From positions 1 to 31,875 of the forward strand of contig PLCF01000050.1 in NCBI GenBank assembly GCA_003135555.1: a stretch of 31,875 nucleotides of DNA. The letters are read 5' to 3'. Position 1 is the stretch's first letter. Each line of letters opens with the position of its first letter. This document shows positions 1-9,456 of this stretch, piece by piece. The notes under the pieces are model-generated. The model made no database searches, was not told the DNA's origin, and was given only the letters and a program-made list of their open reading frames with translations. Source of the stretch: Vulcanimicrobiota bacterium. Lineage in GTDB: Bacteria > Vulcanimicrobiota > Vulcanimicrobiia > Vulcanimicrobiales > Vulcanimicrobiaceae. The position numbers were made by a program, and so were the translations under genes.

Positions 1-49
1 CAACAGCCATGGGACGAGCGGAGTAGCGCGGGTGCCGAGCGGAGCGCGC

Positions 50-541
50 TTATGCCGGTTGGATCGTGTCGCGCGGGTCTTGGCCGCGCTTGTAGACCAT
101 GAAGGTGCGCTCGTACGAGATTACGGTCTCGCCGCGCTGGTTCACGCCCGTGGTGCGGGCGGTGACGATCCCGACGTCCTTGCGCTTCGCCGACTCCCGC
201 TTGGCCAAGATCTCACTCGACGCATACATCGTATCGCCGATGAAGACCGGGCTGGGCAGCTTCACGTCGTTCCACTGGAGGTTCGCCATGACGTGCTCGC
301 TCAGATCCGAGACCGAGAGCCCGACGGCGAGCGAGAGCGTGAAGCACGAGTTGACCAGAATCTTCTTGAAGGGCGTCTGGGCGGCCAGGTTCTGGTCGAA
401 GTGGATCGGGTTGGTGTTGAGCGTGAGCATCGTGAACAGGGTGTTGTCGGTCTCCGTCACGGTGCGGCCGAGGCGATGGCGATAGATGTCGCCGACATCG
501 AAATCCTCGTAGTACCGTCCGCGCCAGCCCTCTTTGATCAC
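50..541 (-). CDS. MaoC-family (hot-dog fold) dehydratase
   Basis: 163 aa from a GTG start; 'GRYYEDFDVGD..H..GRTVTETDN..F..LT.NTNPIHFD' and 'PVFIGDTMYA' are typical MaoC-like motifs. Confidence 0.9.
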   Translation of the reverse strand: MIKEGWRGRYYEDFDVGDIYRHRLGRTVTETDNTLFTMLTLNTNPIHFDQNLAAQTPFKKILVNSCFTLSLAVGLSVSDLSEHVMANLQWNDVKLPSPVFIGDTMYASSEILAKRESAKRKDVGIVTARTTGVNQRGETVISYERTFMVYKRGQDPRDTIQPA

Positions 542-588
542 ACCCGGCGCGTTCGCACGGAGGGCGGCGTCTCCCTAGATCGGGCGGC

Positions 589-702
589 CTACAAGCCGGG
601 GACGCGGGGGCCCCAGCCGCCGAACGATACGGTGCCGGAGGCGAGTGGGCGGATCGTGCGTACCAGCCGTACTGATTCGCCTGGTGGTGTCGTGGTTTTC
701 AT
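589..702 (-). CDS. possible 37-aa small protein (MKTTTPPGESVRLVRTIRPLASGTVSFGGWGPRVPGL)
   Basis: ATG at 702 and TAG at 589 in an otherwise empty intergenic region, co-oriented with the MaoC gene. No properly spaced SD. Confidence 0.25.
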   Translation of the reverse strand: MKTTTPPGESVRLVRTIRPLASGTVSFGGWGPRVPGL

Positions 703-956
703 GCCCTCATGTACGCGGCGCAGCAGCCCGTGTTTCGCCGCCGGGGTGTAATGCCGGGCGCCCCTTATGCCGAAAACGAGGTGGGACGATACCGTTCGGT
801 CGAACCTGGAGTCCGAGCGGACGCAACCGAGGAGTCGGGACCCGGTTCTCGGAATGTGACGCCCTAACAATCCGGCTCTTGACGGCACGCGAGTGCCTCG
901 AACCGGCCTCTCGCCCCGTCGAGGAGCGACGGAGCGTTTCCCTCCCCTAAGGCGCA

Positions 957-2867
957 ATGGAACTACACGAAGCGGCGCCGGCCGTGCTTTCACGGCCGCG
1001 ACGTCGCCCAGCGCACGATACCGCCCGTCCGGACACGCCGCGGGCGCCGCACCTTCGTCCGTATCAAGTCGAGGCGCAGCAGGCGATCCTCGAGCATCGT
1101 GCGCGCGGCGTTCGCAGCCAGCTCGTTTCGCTGGCGACCGGCCTCGGCAAATCGGTGGTGATCGCCACGCTGCCCAAGCTGCTCTCGCTGCGGCCGGGCG
1201 ACGTCACCGTCGTCGTCGCGCACCGGGACGAGCTCATCGAGCAGCTCGTCGACAAGTTCCGCGTCGAGAACCCCGAGGCGCTCATCGGCGTCGAGAAGGC
1301 CGAGCGCCGGGCCTCCGACGAGTGCAACATCGTCGTCGCCACCGTTCAGACGCTGGCCGAGAAGCGGCTCGAGGAGTTCGTCAAGCGGTTCCACCGCCGC
1401 ATCTCCCTGTTCGTCATCGATGAAGCGCACCACGCCGCGGCACCGTCGTACCGCGCGATCGTCGACGCGGTCCTCGCGCAGCGCCCCGAGGCGATGATCC
1501 TGGGCTTTACGGCCACCCCCAATCGCGGCGACGGGGTCCGGCTGGTCGACGTCTTCGAGAAGATCGTTTACACGATGGACGCTCGCAAGGGGATCGACGC
1601 CGGGTACCTCGTTCCGGTGAAGTCCTACGCCGTCGCCACCGGCGTCAACCTCGACGAGGTCGCCTCGCGCGGCGGCGACTTCGTGATCGGTCAGCTGGCC
1701 CAGGCGGTCAACATCGGGCAGCGCAACGAGCGGATCGTCGCCGCGTACAAGCAGCATACGCCCGGGCTCAAGGCCCTCGTCTTCACCGCTTCGGTCGAGC
1801 ACGCGCGTGACGTCGCCGAGGAGTTCGTCGCGCGCGGCGTCAACGCGGAGTGGGCCTCCGGCGAGACGCCGCGCGATGAGCGCGAGCGGATCGTGCGCGA
1901 GTTCCGCGGCGCCGGGATCGACGTGCTCGTCAACTGCGGCCTCTACCTGGAAGGCTTCGACGTCCCGTCGGTCCAGGTGATCCTCAACGCCCGGCCGACG
2001 AAGTCCACCACGCTCTACACGCAGATCACCGGCCGCGCGCTGCGCCCGCTCGACGAGATCGCAGTACCGCTCTCCAATACCAACTCGGGCCTCGAGCGCC
2101 GCGAGCTCATCGAGAAATCGCCCAAGCCCGCCGCGATCATCGTCGACCTCGTCGACCAAGCGCAGCGCCACCAGCTCGTGACGGTCCCGTCGCTCTACGG
2201 CCTGCCGCCGCACATCGACGCGCAAGGCCAAATGACCGCGCAGGTCGCCGACAAGTTCGAGGAGCTGTTACGGCGCGATCCCAAACGTGCCGCCAAAGTC
2301 CGCAGCGCGGAAGAGATCGTCACCGCGCTCGTCGAGCTCGACGGTTTCGCCGGGCCGCGCGAGATCAAACCCACCTTTCAACCGATCGATCCCGAGAGCC
2401 ACTGGCGGCTCGAGATGCCGCCCCAACGCACCGCGTACGACCGCAAGGGGCGGCCGATCCCGGATTTCTCGCGCAAGTGGGATCAGTGGGTCGCCGAAGC
2501 CCGGCGCGTCGCGCCGCACGAGGACGCCGAACGGTTCGCGAACCGGATGCTCGACGTGAATCCCAAGTCGGTGCGCTGGGAAAAACGGCGCATCGACGTC
2601 AAACGCGACGGCGACAAGTTCGTGACGCTGTACTCCACCGACGAGCTGCCCGAACGCGTGATCGAGGTGGGCTCCTCACTGGTCGGCCTGCTCGGGAGCG
2701 CCTACCAGCGGGTCGACGAAATGCTCTCCGGGTACGCGCAGATTCCGGTCAAAGGCGCGGCGGGGCGGCCGTCCGCCAACGGCGCGCACGCCGGTGGCCA
2801 CATGACGGCCGAGAAGACCGGCGGACGCCGGCGCCGCGGCCGGCGCACGCGCAGCCGCAACGGCTGA
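957..2867 (+). CDS. SF2 DEAH-box helicase, ResIII/Irc3/RadD-like, with Arg-rich C-terminal tail
   Basis: Q motif LRPYQ, Walker A ATGLGKS, DEAH, motif III TAT, 'EGFDVP', motif VI QITGRALR. Confidence 0.92.
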   Translation: MELHEAAPAVLSRPRRRPAHDTARPDTPRAPHLRPYQVEAQQAILEHRARGVRSQLVSLATGLGKSVVIATLPKLLSLRPGDVTVVVAHRDELIEQLVDKFRVENPEALIGVEKAERRASDECNIVVATVQTLAEKRLEEFVKRFHRRISLFVIDEAHHAAAPSYRAIVDAVLAQRPEAMILGFTATPNRGDGVRLVDVFEKIVYTMDARKGIDAGYLVPVKSYAVATGVNLDEVASRGGDFVIGQLAQAVNIGQRNERIVAAYKQHTPGLKALVFTASVEHARDVAEEFVARGVNAEWASGETPRDERERIVREFRGAGIDVLVNCGLYLEGFDVPSVQVILNARPTKSTTLYTQITGRALRPLDEIAVPLSNTNSGLERRELIEKSPKPAAIIVDLVDQAQRHQLVTVPSLYGLPPHIDAQGQMTAQVADKFEELLRRDPKRAAKVRSAEEIVTALVELDGFAGPREIKPTFQPIDPESHWRLEMPPQRTAYDRKGRPIPDFSRKWDQWVAEARRVAPHEDAERFANRMLDVNPKSVRWEKRRIDVKRDGDKFVTLYSTDELPERVIEVGSSLVGLLGSAYQRVDEMLSGYAQIPVKGAAGRPSANGAHAGGHMTAEKTGGRRRRGRRTRSRNG

Positions 2868-2883
2868 GGTTCATCGACCTCGG

Positions 2884-4497
2884 ATGCAGCGCTTGATCCG
2901 CGCGCTCGCCGTTCTCAGCCTGTTCGCCGCCGCCACCGGCCCGGCGCAGGCCCGCAATCCGTGGACCCAGCCCGGGCATCTGCGCTTGGGCGTGCTGCGC
3001 ACCTTCGACAACCTCAACCCGCTCATCTCCGGCCAGGCCGCGACCACCGACGTCGCGCAGTTCGTTTTCAGCGGGCTGATCCGGTTCGACGATCGCGGCG
3101 AGCCGATACCCGATGCCGCAACCGTCGTGCCGACCCGCGAGAACGGCGGGATCAGCGCCGACGGCAAGACGATCACCTACCATCTGCGCAAGGACGTACG
3201 GTTCTCCGACGGTCACCCGGTGACGGCCGATGACGTCGTGTTCACGTGGCAGCAGGACATGAATCCTCGCAACAACGTGCCTTACCATTTTCCCTACGAC
3301 CAGGCGCTGAGCGTCACGGCGCGCGATCCGCACACGGTGGTGGTGCGGCTACGCGCGCCGTCGGCGCCGTTCGTCTCGAATTTCTTTCGCTGTGGCACCC
3401 AGGGGGCGATCCTGCCCAAGCACTTGCTCGACGGCAAGCCCGATCTCAACCACGACCCGTACAACACCAAGCCGGTCGGCAGCGGTCCGTACATGGTCAC
3501 CCGCTACGACGTGAACGCGACCTTGGAGATGGTTGCGAACCCGTACTGGTTCGGCGGGAAACCCGGCTTGGAGCGCGTCACGCTGCGCGTCATCCCCAGC
3601 GAGAACACGCTGCTTGTTTCGCTCAAGACGCACGAGCTCGACTTTTACTTCAGCGCACCCGAGCAGCAATACCGCGAGCTCAAGGCGCTGCCCGGCATCT
3701 CCGTGAGCGCGATCCCATCCTCGCAATTCGAGATGGTCGTTTTCAACGCCGGTCGCGCGCCGCTCTCCGATCTGAACCTGCGCCGTGCCGTGGCGTCGGC
3801 GATCGATTGGCCGACCATCGCCCGAACCGTGTACCTCGACGTCGATCTCACCGACTGGGGCGACCTCTTTCCGCGCTCGTGGGCCTACACCGCGCAGCCC
3901 GACCCGACGCCCTTCGATCCCGCGAAGGCGCGCGCGCTGCTCGACGCCGCGGGCTGGAAACCCGGCCCCGACGGGATCCGCAGCAAGGACGGGAAACGGC
4001 TCGAGCTCGAGATCGTGACGGTCGCCGGCGTGATCACGCGGCAGAACGCCGAAGTGCTGATCCAGCAGCAGTTGCACGCGGTCGGGATTGATCTGCAGGT
4101 CCACAACGCGCCGGCCAACCTGCTGTTCGCGCCGTTGGGCGCCGGCGGTCTCTTCGCGAGCGGCAAGTTCGATCTCGGCATTTACGCCTGGACGAAGAAC
4201 CCCGACCCCGACGACACCCAGACCGCGAGCCCCGACTACATCCCGCCGAAGGGCGCGAACTACGCGCGCGTCCGCGACGCGAAGGTCGGCGAGCTCCAGC
4301 GCCGCGCCACGGCTACCTACGATCGCCGCGCGCGCAAGGCACTCTACGCGCAGCTCGAGCGGCGTCTGGGCGAGGTGCTGCCGTTCCACACCATGGTTTG
4401 GCGCGCAAACGTGAACGCTTGGAACGACGACCTGCACGGCGTCAAGCCGGCCCAATCAGTCAGCGACTTCTGGAACGTCGGCAGCTGGACGTTATGA
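2884..4497 (+). CDS. peptide/nickel-type (family 5) ABC transporter substrate-binding protein
   Basis: Signal peptide ending in AQA; 'ISADGKTITYHLRKDVRFSDGHPVTADDV.FT' family-5 signature; 'PVGSGPY'; 'ARALLDAAGW'. Confidence 0.93.
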   Translation: MQRLIRALAVLSLFAAATGPAQARNPWTQPGHLRLGVLRTFDNLNPLISGQAATTDVAQFVFSGLIRFDDRGEPIPDAATVVPTRENGGISADGKTITYHLRKDVRFSDGHPVTADDVVFTWQQDMNPRNNVPYHFPYDQALSVTARDPHTVVVRLRAPSAPFVSNFFRCGTQGAILPKHLLDGKPDLNHDPYNTKPVGSGPYMVTRYDVNATLEMVANPYWFGGKPGLERVTLRVIPSENTLLVSLKTHELDFYFSAPEQQYRELKALPGISVSAIPSSQFEMVVFNAGRAPLSDLNLRRAVASAIDWPTIARTVYLDVDLTDWGDLFPRSWAYTAQPDPTPFDPAKARALLDAAGWKPGPDGIRSKDGKRLELEIVTVAGVITRQNAEVLIQQQLHAVGIDLQVHNAPANLLFAPLGAGGLFASGKFDLGIYAWTKNPDPDDTQTASPDYIPPKGANYARVRDAKVGELQRRATATYDRRARKALYAQLERRLGEVLPFHTMVWRANVNAWNDDLHGVKPAQSVSDFWNVGSWTL

Positions 4498-6194
4498 CCG
4501 CCCAGCCACTATGGATACGGCGCAGCGACGAGCTCGCCCAGCCCGTCGTCGCGCTGTACGTCTTGGCGGGCCCCGAGGTGGCTTCCCATCTCGGGCTGAC
4601 CCCCGCCGACGCGCACACGTCCGACTATCGCGCCGGCCGGCGCGACCGCATTCGCGAGGCCGCGTTCCGTGCCGCCGAGACGCTGCGTGCCGCCGAATCG
4701 GCGGAGACGGACGCCCGGATCGGCGAGGACCTGACCATTCTGCTGCGAGCGGTGGACGACGTGGTCGGCACGCTCGACGTCCGTGACGCGCACCTCGTCG
4801 AGCTCATCGACGTTGCGCGGCTCGCGTTCACCGGGATCCGCGTGCTGCTCGACGAGCAGAACCCGGTCGAGCGCAAGCGGCTCGCGGTCGTGCGACTGCG
4901 CCGCTACGCCGGCCTCGCCGAGGGAACGCTCCCGCTTGCGCAGAGCGCGTGCGCGGAGACGCGCGCGCGCTTGGCGCTCGACGGCTTGACCGGCCCGTAC
5001 GTCGTTGCCGTGCGCACCGCGCTCGCGCTCGGCCCGGTGCTGCTCGAGGGGATCGGCGAGCTGTTGCGCGACTCCGGGCTCGAGGGCTGGCAAGACGCGT
5101 ATGACGCGTTTCGCGAGCAGTGCGCCGAATACGCGCGCTTCCTCGAGACCGAGCTGCTGCCGCGCGCGCGCAGCGACCATCGCCTGCCCCCCGAGGTCTA
5201 CGCCTTCGAGTTGCGCACCGTCGGCGTCGACATCCCTCCCGCCGAGCTGGCCGCGCGCGCGCACGCGGCGTTCGATGCGATCCGTGCGGAGATGCAGGCG
5301 CTCGCGCCGCGCGTCGCAGCGGAGCGCGGCTTCGCGTCCCACGACTATCGCGACGTCATTCGCGACCTCAAGCGCGAACAGATCACCGGGGGCGCCGACG
5401 CGATCGTCGCGTTCTATCGCGCGCGACTCGAAGCGATCGAGGAGGTGGTGCGGCGCGAGGACCTCGTGACGCTCCCGCAACGGCCGGCGCGGATCCGCGT
5501 GGGATCGCTCGCCGAGAGCGCCGAGATGCCGGCCGCACACATGAACCCCGCGCCGCTGGTTGGCAATACCGGACAGGTCGGCGAGTTCGTCCTGCCGCTC
5601 GACGTCCCGCCGGCGGCCGGTGGAACGGCGACCGAACGCTCCGACGACTTCACCCACGACGCGGTGACCTGGACGCTCGTCGCGCACGAAGCGCGCCCGG
5701 GTCACGAGGTACAATTCGACCGGATGCTCGAGGGCGGCTTGTCGCTGGCGCGCGCGGTGTTCGCGTTCAACTCGGTCAACGTCGAAGGCTGGGCGCTGTA
5801 CGCCGAGCACGTCATGCTGCCGTACATGCCGCCGGCCGGCCAGCTGTGCTCGCTCCAAATGCGCCTGCACCGCGCGGCGCGCGCGTTCCTCGATCCCGAG
5901 TTGCAGAGCGGCGACCGCACGCCGGCCGAGGTCCAAGACTTCTTGGAGCGCGAGATCGTCTACTCGCCGCCGTTTGCGCGCAGCGAGGTGGAGCGCTACA
6001 CGTTTCGCTCTCCGGGCCAGGCGACGTCGTACTTCTACGGGTATGCCAAGCTGCTGGCGTTGCGCGACGAAACGCGAGGCCTGCTCGGCGCGCGCTTCGA
6101 CCAGCGCGCATTCCACGACTTCATCCTCGACCAAGGGCTCGTGCCGCCCGACGCGCTGCGCGCCGCCGTGCTGGCGCGCTTCGTCACGATATGA
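4494..6194 (+). CDS. DUF885-family protein (putative metallopeptidase-like)
   Basis: ATG at 4494 overlaps the upstream stop (ATGA); motifs 'HEARPGH..Q', 'EGWALYAE', 'EVERY...PGQATSY', 'FHDFIL..G'. Confidence 0.88.
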   Translation: MTAQPLWIRRSDELAQPVVALYVLAGPEVASHLGLTPADAHTSDYRAGRRDRIREAAFRAAETLRAAESAETDARIGEDLTILLRAVDDVVGTLDVRDAHLVELIDVARLAFTGIRVLLDEQNPVERKRLAVVRLRRYAGLAEGTLPLAQSACAETRARLALDGLTGPYVVAVRTALALGPVLLEGIGELLRDSGLEGWQDAYDAFREQCAEYARFLETELLPRARSDHRLPPEVYAFELRTVGVDIPPAELAARAHAAFDAIRAEMQALAPRVAAERGFASHDYRDVIRDLKREQITGGADAIVAFYRARLEAIEEVVRREDLVTLPQRPARIRVGSLAESAEMPAAHMNPAPLVGNTGQVGEFVLPLDVPPAAGGTATERSDDFTHDAVTWTLVAHEARPGHEVQFDRMLEGGLSLARAVFAFNSVNVEGWALYAEHVMLPYMPPAGQLCSLQMRLHRAARAFLDPELQSGDRTPAEVQDFLEREIVYSPPFARSEVERYTFRSPGQATSYFYGYAKLLALRDETRGLLGARFDQRAFHDFILDQGLVPPDALRAAVLARFVTI

Positions 6195-7237
6195 AAGCCA
6201 CCGTATTCCACGCGGCGCGCGACGTGCGCGTCGAATCCGTCCCCGATCCGGTTCTCAAAGCCCCGACCGACGTGTTGGTGCGGGTCGTCAACGCCGCGAT
6301 CTGCGGCTCCGACCTGTGGCCGTATCGCGGGGTCGCGAAATGGACCGGCGGCGCGCGGCTCGGCCATGAGTTCACCGGCATCGTCGAAGCGATCGGCACC
6401 GAGGTCCGCGCCGTGCGGGTCGGCCAGTTCGTGGCCGCTCCGTTCTCGTATGCCGACGGGTCCTGCGCGTTCTGCGCCGCGCACCTGTACACGTCGTGCG
6501 CGCGCGCCGGGTTCTGGGGCGGTCTGGACGACGACGGCGGCCAGGGAGAGTTCGTGCGCGTCCCGTTCGCGGACGCGACACTCGTCGCGATCCCCGACGC
6601 GGTTCGCGACGACCCGGCCAAGCGTACCGCGGCGCTAGCGCTGACCGACGTCATGGGAACGGGCTATCACGGCGCGGTGAGCGCCGGGACCGTACCCGGC
6701 GGGACCGTGGTCGTCATCGGTGACGGCGCGGTCGGCTTGTGCGCGGTCCTATCGGCGCGCTACATCGGTGCGGAGCGAATCGTCGCCGTCGGCCATCACC
6801 CCGACCGCCTGCAACTCGCGAAGCGCTTCGGGGCCACCGAGATCGTCGACTCGCACGCTGCCGACGCCGGCCGTTCGATCGTCGAGCTGACCTCCGGGGG
6901 GTCTCCCAGCGTCGTGGAGGCCGTCGGCGTGCAGAGCTCGCTCGACCTCGCGCTCGAGACGGTCCGCGACGGCGGCACCGTCGCGTTCGTCGGCGTCCCG
7001 GCGGGGATGGAGACCCTCTCGTTCCGCCGCCTCTTTAGCGGGAACGTCGCGCTACGCGGCGCGCTCGCACCGGTTCGCGCGTATCTGCCTGAGTTGATGT
7101 CGGCGCTCGCCGCCGGCGCGATCGACCCGTCGCCGGTCTTCACCCACCAGCTGCCGCTGGACGGCGCCCCGGCCGGTTACAAGGCGATGGACGAGCGCGT
7201 GGCCATCAAGGTCTGCCTTACGGTGTCGAGCCCGTAG
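6191..7237 (+). CDS. zinc-dependent alcohol dehydrogenase (MDR family)
   Basis: ATG at 6191 coupled to the DUF885 stop; 'ICGSD', 'GHE', D/C-x2-C-x2-C-x7-C structural Zn site, 'GDGAVG' NAD-binding motif. Confidence 0.92.
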   Translation: MKATVFHAARDVRVESVPDPVLKAPTDVLVRVVNAAICGSDLWPYRGVAKWTGGARLGHEFTGIVEAIGTEVRAVRVGQFVAAPFSYADGSCAFCAAHLYTSCARAGFWGGLDDDGGQGEFVRVPFADATLVAIPDAVRDDPAKRTAALALTDVMGTGYHGAVSAGTVPGGTVVVIGDGAVGLCAVLSARYIGAERIVAVGHHPDRLQLAKRFGATEIVDSHAADAGRSIVELTSGGSPSVVEAVGVQSSLDLALETVRDGGTVAFVGVPAGMETLSFRRLFSGNVALRGALAPVRAYLPELMSALAAGAIDPSPVFTHQLPLDGAPAGYKAMDERVAIKVCLTVSSP

Positions 7238-7464
7238 GGCGAGGCTGCGCGCACGAACCATGCCGCCAGCAGCGCCAGCAGCGCGGCGTCGTCGATGATG
7301 CCGAGCAGCGGAATGTCGCCGAGGATGTTGAGCGGCGAGAGGATGAACAACGCACCAGCGAGCGCCAGCAGCTTGAGGCGCCGCGGGACACGCGGATCGC
7401 GGGCCAGCGCGTACGCGCGCAATACGGTGCGCCGGGACGTCAGGAGCAGTCGGATGAGACCCAT
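7177..7464 (-). CDS. YkvA/DUF1232-family small membrane protein
   Basis: 'DPRVP...K......FILSPL....DIPLLGIIDD' matches the DUF1232 pattern; its 3' end overlaps the ADH 3' end by 61 nt. Confidence 0.8.
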   Translation of the reverse strand: MGLIRLLLTSRRTVLRAYALARDPRVPRRLKLLALAGALFILSPLNILGDIPLLGIIDDAALLALLAAWFVRAASPYGLDTVRQTLMATRSSIAL

Positions 7465-7527
7465 ATGCGCTACTAACGGCCACCGTGCCGCAATGTTTCG
7501 GCTATCTCGCCAGGCGAGGACAGCGCA

Positions 7528-9162
7528 ATGGCCCGTTCGCGGTCCGGCGCGCTGAAAGGCTACGCGACGGTGGGGGGAAACACCAGCGTCGTGCCGACAT
7601 CATCGCGTCGTTCCGCCGTAGCGCACCGTGCGGGGACGCCGTTGGATGAGGCGCGCGCGTGCTGGAGCAGCGGCGAGTTCGTTCGGCTGCTGGCAGTGCT
7701 GGGCGATGCCCGATTGGAGCGCCGCGAAGACCGCGTCGCCGCGAGCCACCTCGAGGCGCGCGCGCTGCTTGCGCTCGACCGGCCGAAAGAAGTTGCGGCG
7801 CTGCTCCAGCGTGCGATCGACGAGAACCACGGCGTCGAGGAAACCGCCCGCTCGCAGATGCTCCTGGGCGCGGCGATGACCCGCACCAACCAGCGCGAGC
7901 AAGGTGAGTCGGTGCTCGAGCAGGCGGCGGAGTTGGCGCAGCGGGGCGCCGCGGGGCTGGCCTCCGAGATCGCATACTATCGAGCGCTGAGCCGCTGGTC
8001 GTCGCATCGTCTGACGGAAGCCGAAGAGATCGTGGAGGCCGCCCTGCCGGCCGCTTCGGGCGTGATCCGTTCGCGTCTGCTCCAGCTGCTGGGCTGGATC
8101 GACGTGCGGCGTGAAAACTACGGTGCCGCCGTGCACGAGTTCAGCGCCGCGCTCGACGAGCTCAAGCAGACGCAGGAAACCGACGTCAAGGGACGGTCGC
8201 GGATCTTGAACGCGCTGGGCATCATCGCCGCCGAGACGATCGACCTGCGGCTGGGCCGCCTGGTGCGCCGCGAGTACGAGACGAGCACCTGGTCGGACGA
8301 CACGCGCATCGAGCGCTTTCAGGTGCTGCAGTATCTGGCCTGGCTGTCGTTGCTCGAAGGCGACGTCGCGCGCGCCTGGGACGAGCGCCAGTTCGCGCTG
8401 ACGCTCACCGTCGACACCAGCCATCACGCCATGGCGCTCGTCAACGCGGCGCACCTCGCCGGCATCGTCGGCGACCGTTTCTCGGAGTCGCGTTACCTCC
8501 AGTTGGCCGGTGCGCTGCTGCTGCGCGGCGATCAGGTCGGGATCGACGTGGAGCGCCGCATCGCATTGTTGGCGTTCGCCGCCGCATCGGCCGCCGATCC
8601 CGCCACCGCTCGCAAGGTGCTCGCGCTCTACGACCGGACACGACCGCGTCGCGCAGAGCTGCTCGCCTTCGAGGGCGACCGCCGCGTCGAGGCCTACGAG
8701 CTCTATGCGCGCGGCCGAGCAGCGATCGCCGACGGTCAGCGCCAGCAGGGGATCGCGCTGCTCGTGCGTGCGCTCGAGCTGTGGACGCGGCTGACCTACC
8801 GGTTGCGCGCCGCGATCACCGCGAACGTATTGCGAACGGTGAGCGGAGACCGCGCCCACGCGCAGACAGCCTTGGACGCGTTGCGCAACGCTCCCAAGGC
8901 GTGGTTGCGCGTGCCGCTCGAGCAACGCTCCAGCGAGGACGGTGCGCTGGGCCAGCTGACCGCCGCAGAGCGGCGCGTCCTGGGCGAGTTGTGCAAAGGG
9001 AAGAAGGCGCGCGAGATCGCGGCGACCTTCGATCGCAGCTTCAACACGATCAACAATCACACGCGCGCCATCTTCTCCGCCTTCGGCGTTCGCAGCCGCG
9101 CGGCGCTCGTCGCGGAGTGCGCGCGGCTGGGGATCCTCGACGACGTCGGGAACCGCCGCTAA
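7528..9162 (+). CDS. LuxR-family HTH regulator with large N-terminal helical-repeat (TPR-like) region
   Basis: C-terminal 'LTAAERRVLGELCKGKKAREIA....RSFNTINNH...IF..FGV.SR..LV' LuxR HTH. The preceding ~430 aa are Ala/Leu-rich amphipathic helices with no receiver domain or Walker A. Start is uncertain (GTG 7591 or TTG 7642 are alternatives). Confidence 0.88.
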   Translation: MARSRSGALKGYATVGGNTSVVPTSSRRSAVAHRAGTPLDEARACWSSGEFVRLLAVLGDARLERREDRVAASHLEARALLALDRPKEVAALLQRAIDENHGVEETARSQMLLGAAMTRTNQREQGESVLEQAAELAQRGAAGLASEIAYYRALSRWSSHRLTEAEEIVEAALPAASGVIRSRLLQLLGWIDVRRENYGAAVHEFSAALDELKQTQETDVKGRSRILNALGIIAAETIDLRLGRLVRREYETSTWSDDTRIERFQVLQYLAWLSLLEGDVARAWDERQFALTLTVDTSHHAMALVNAAHLAGIVGDRFSESRYLQLAGALLLRGDQVGIDVERRIALLAFAAASAADPATARKVLALYDRTRPRRAELLAFEGDRRVEAYELYARGRAAIADGQRQQGIALLVRALELWTRLTYRLRAAITANVLRTVSGDRAHAQTALDALRNAPKAWLRVPLEQRSSEDGALGQLTAAERRVLGELCKGKKAREIAATFDRSFNTINNHTRAIFSAFGVRSRAALVAECARLGILDDVGNRR

Positions 9163-9200
9163 AAAGACCCGGAAGGGGCGCGTACGCCCCCTCCGGGCCC
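9161..9200 (-). terminator. intrinsic terminator of the small peptide gene
   Basis: Minus strand GGGCCCGGAGGGGGCG-UACG-CGCCCCUUCCGGGUC-UUUUU: ~15-bp stem with G-U pairs that form only on the minus strand, a UNCG-type loop and a U-tract. Confidence 0.85.
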
Positions 9201-9224
9201 CGCGCCGGCCGCGCGAGCCGGGGG

Positions 9225-9356
9225 CTATCCCGGCGGTCCGGACCCGCTGATCTCGTTCGAGGCGTCCGCGGTGACCGGCGGCGGGGCGACGGCGAGCGCC
9301 GAGGTCCCGATCGCGAGCGTGACGAGAAGCGCGAGCACGGCGAGTGGCGTGAGCAT
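9225..9356 (-). CDS. 43-aa secreted peptide precursor (MLTPLAVLALLVTLAIGTSALA-VAPPPVTADASNEISGSGPPG)
   Basis: GGAGG SD 8 nt before ATG 9356; hydrophobic signal-like N-terminus ending in A-L-A; its own terminator lies ~25 nt downstream. Confidence 0.75.
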   Translation of the reverse strand: MLTPLAVLALLVTLAIGTSALAVAPPPVTADASNEISGSGPPG

Positions 9357-9456
9357 AGCGGTTTCCTCCAAGCAGCCGCGCCGCAAGAGCGCGACGCGGC
9401 TCCGAGGTCTGGCTCCGCTTGCCATGGCTATTCCTGGCTACTGCCCGCCGGCAGCC

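Noticed and set aside
1..10. Possible minus-strand gene start (ATG at 10) running off the window
   Set aside because: Only three codons are visible.
990..2231. Long antisense and alternate-frame ORFs across the window (e.g. 990-2231, 4509-6134, 7600-9060, 9861-11777, 12615-14291, 22832-24133)
   Set aside because: Shadow ORFs expected at high GC; they overlap well-supported genes and show no family motifs.
957..2867. Helicase as a type III restriction or defence component
   Set aside because: No methyltransferase, nuclease domain or defence neighbours; host-like composition.
5120..6190. Apparent 705-aa ADH fusion
   Set aside because: The upstream part is an off-frame read of DUF885; the ADH starts at ATG 6191.
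9225..9356. Small peptide as a RiPP precursor
   Set aside because: No modification enzymes nearby; it has a Sec-like signal rather than a RiPP leader.
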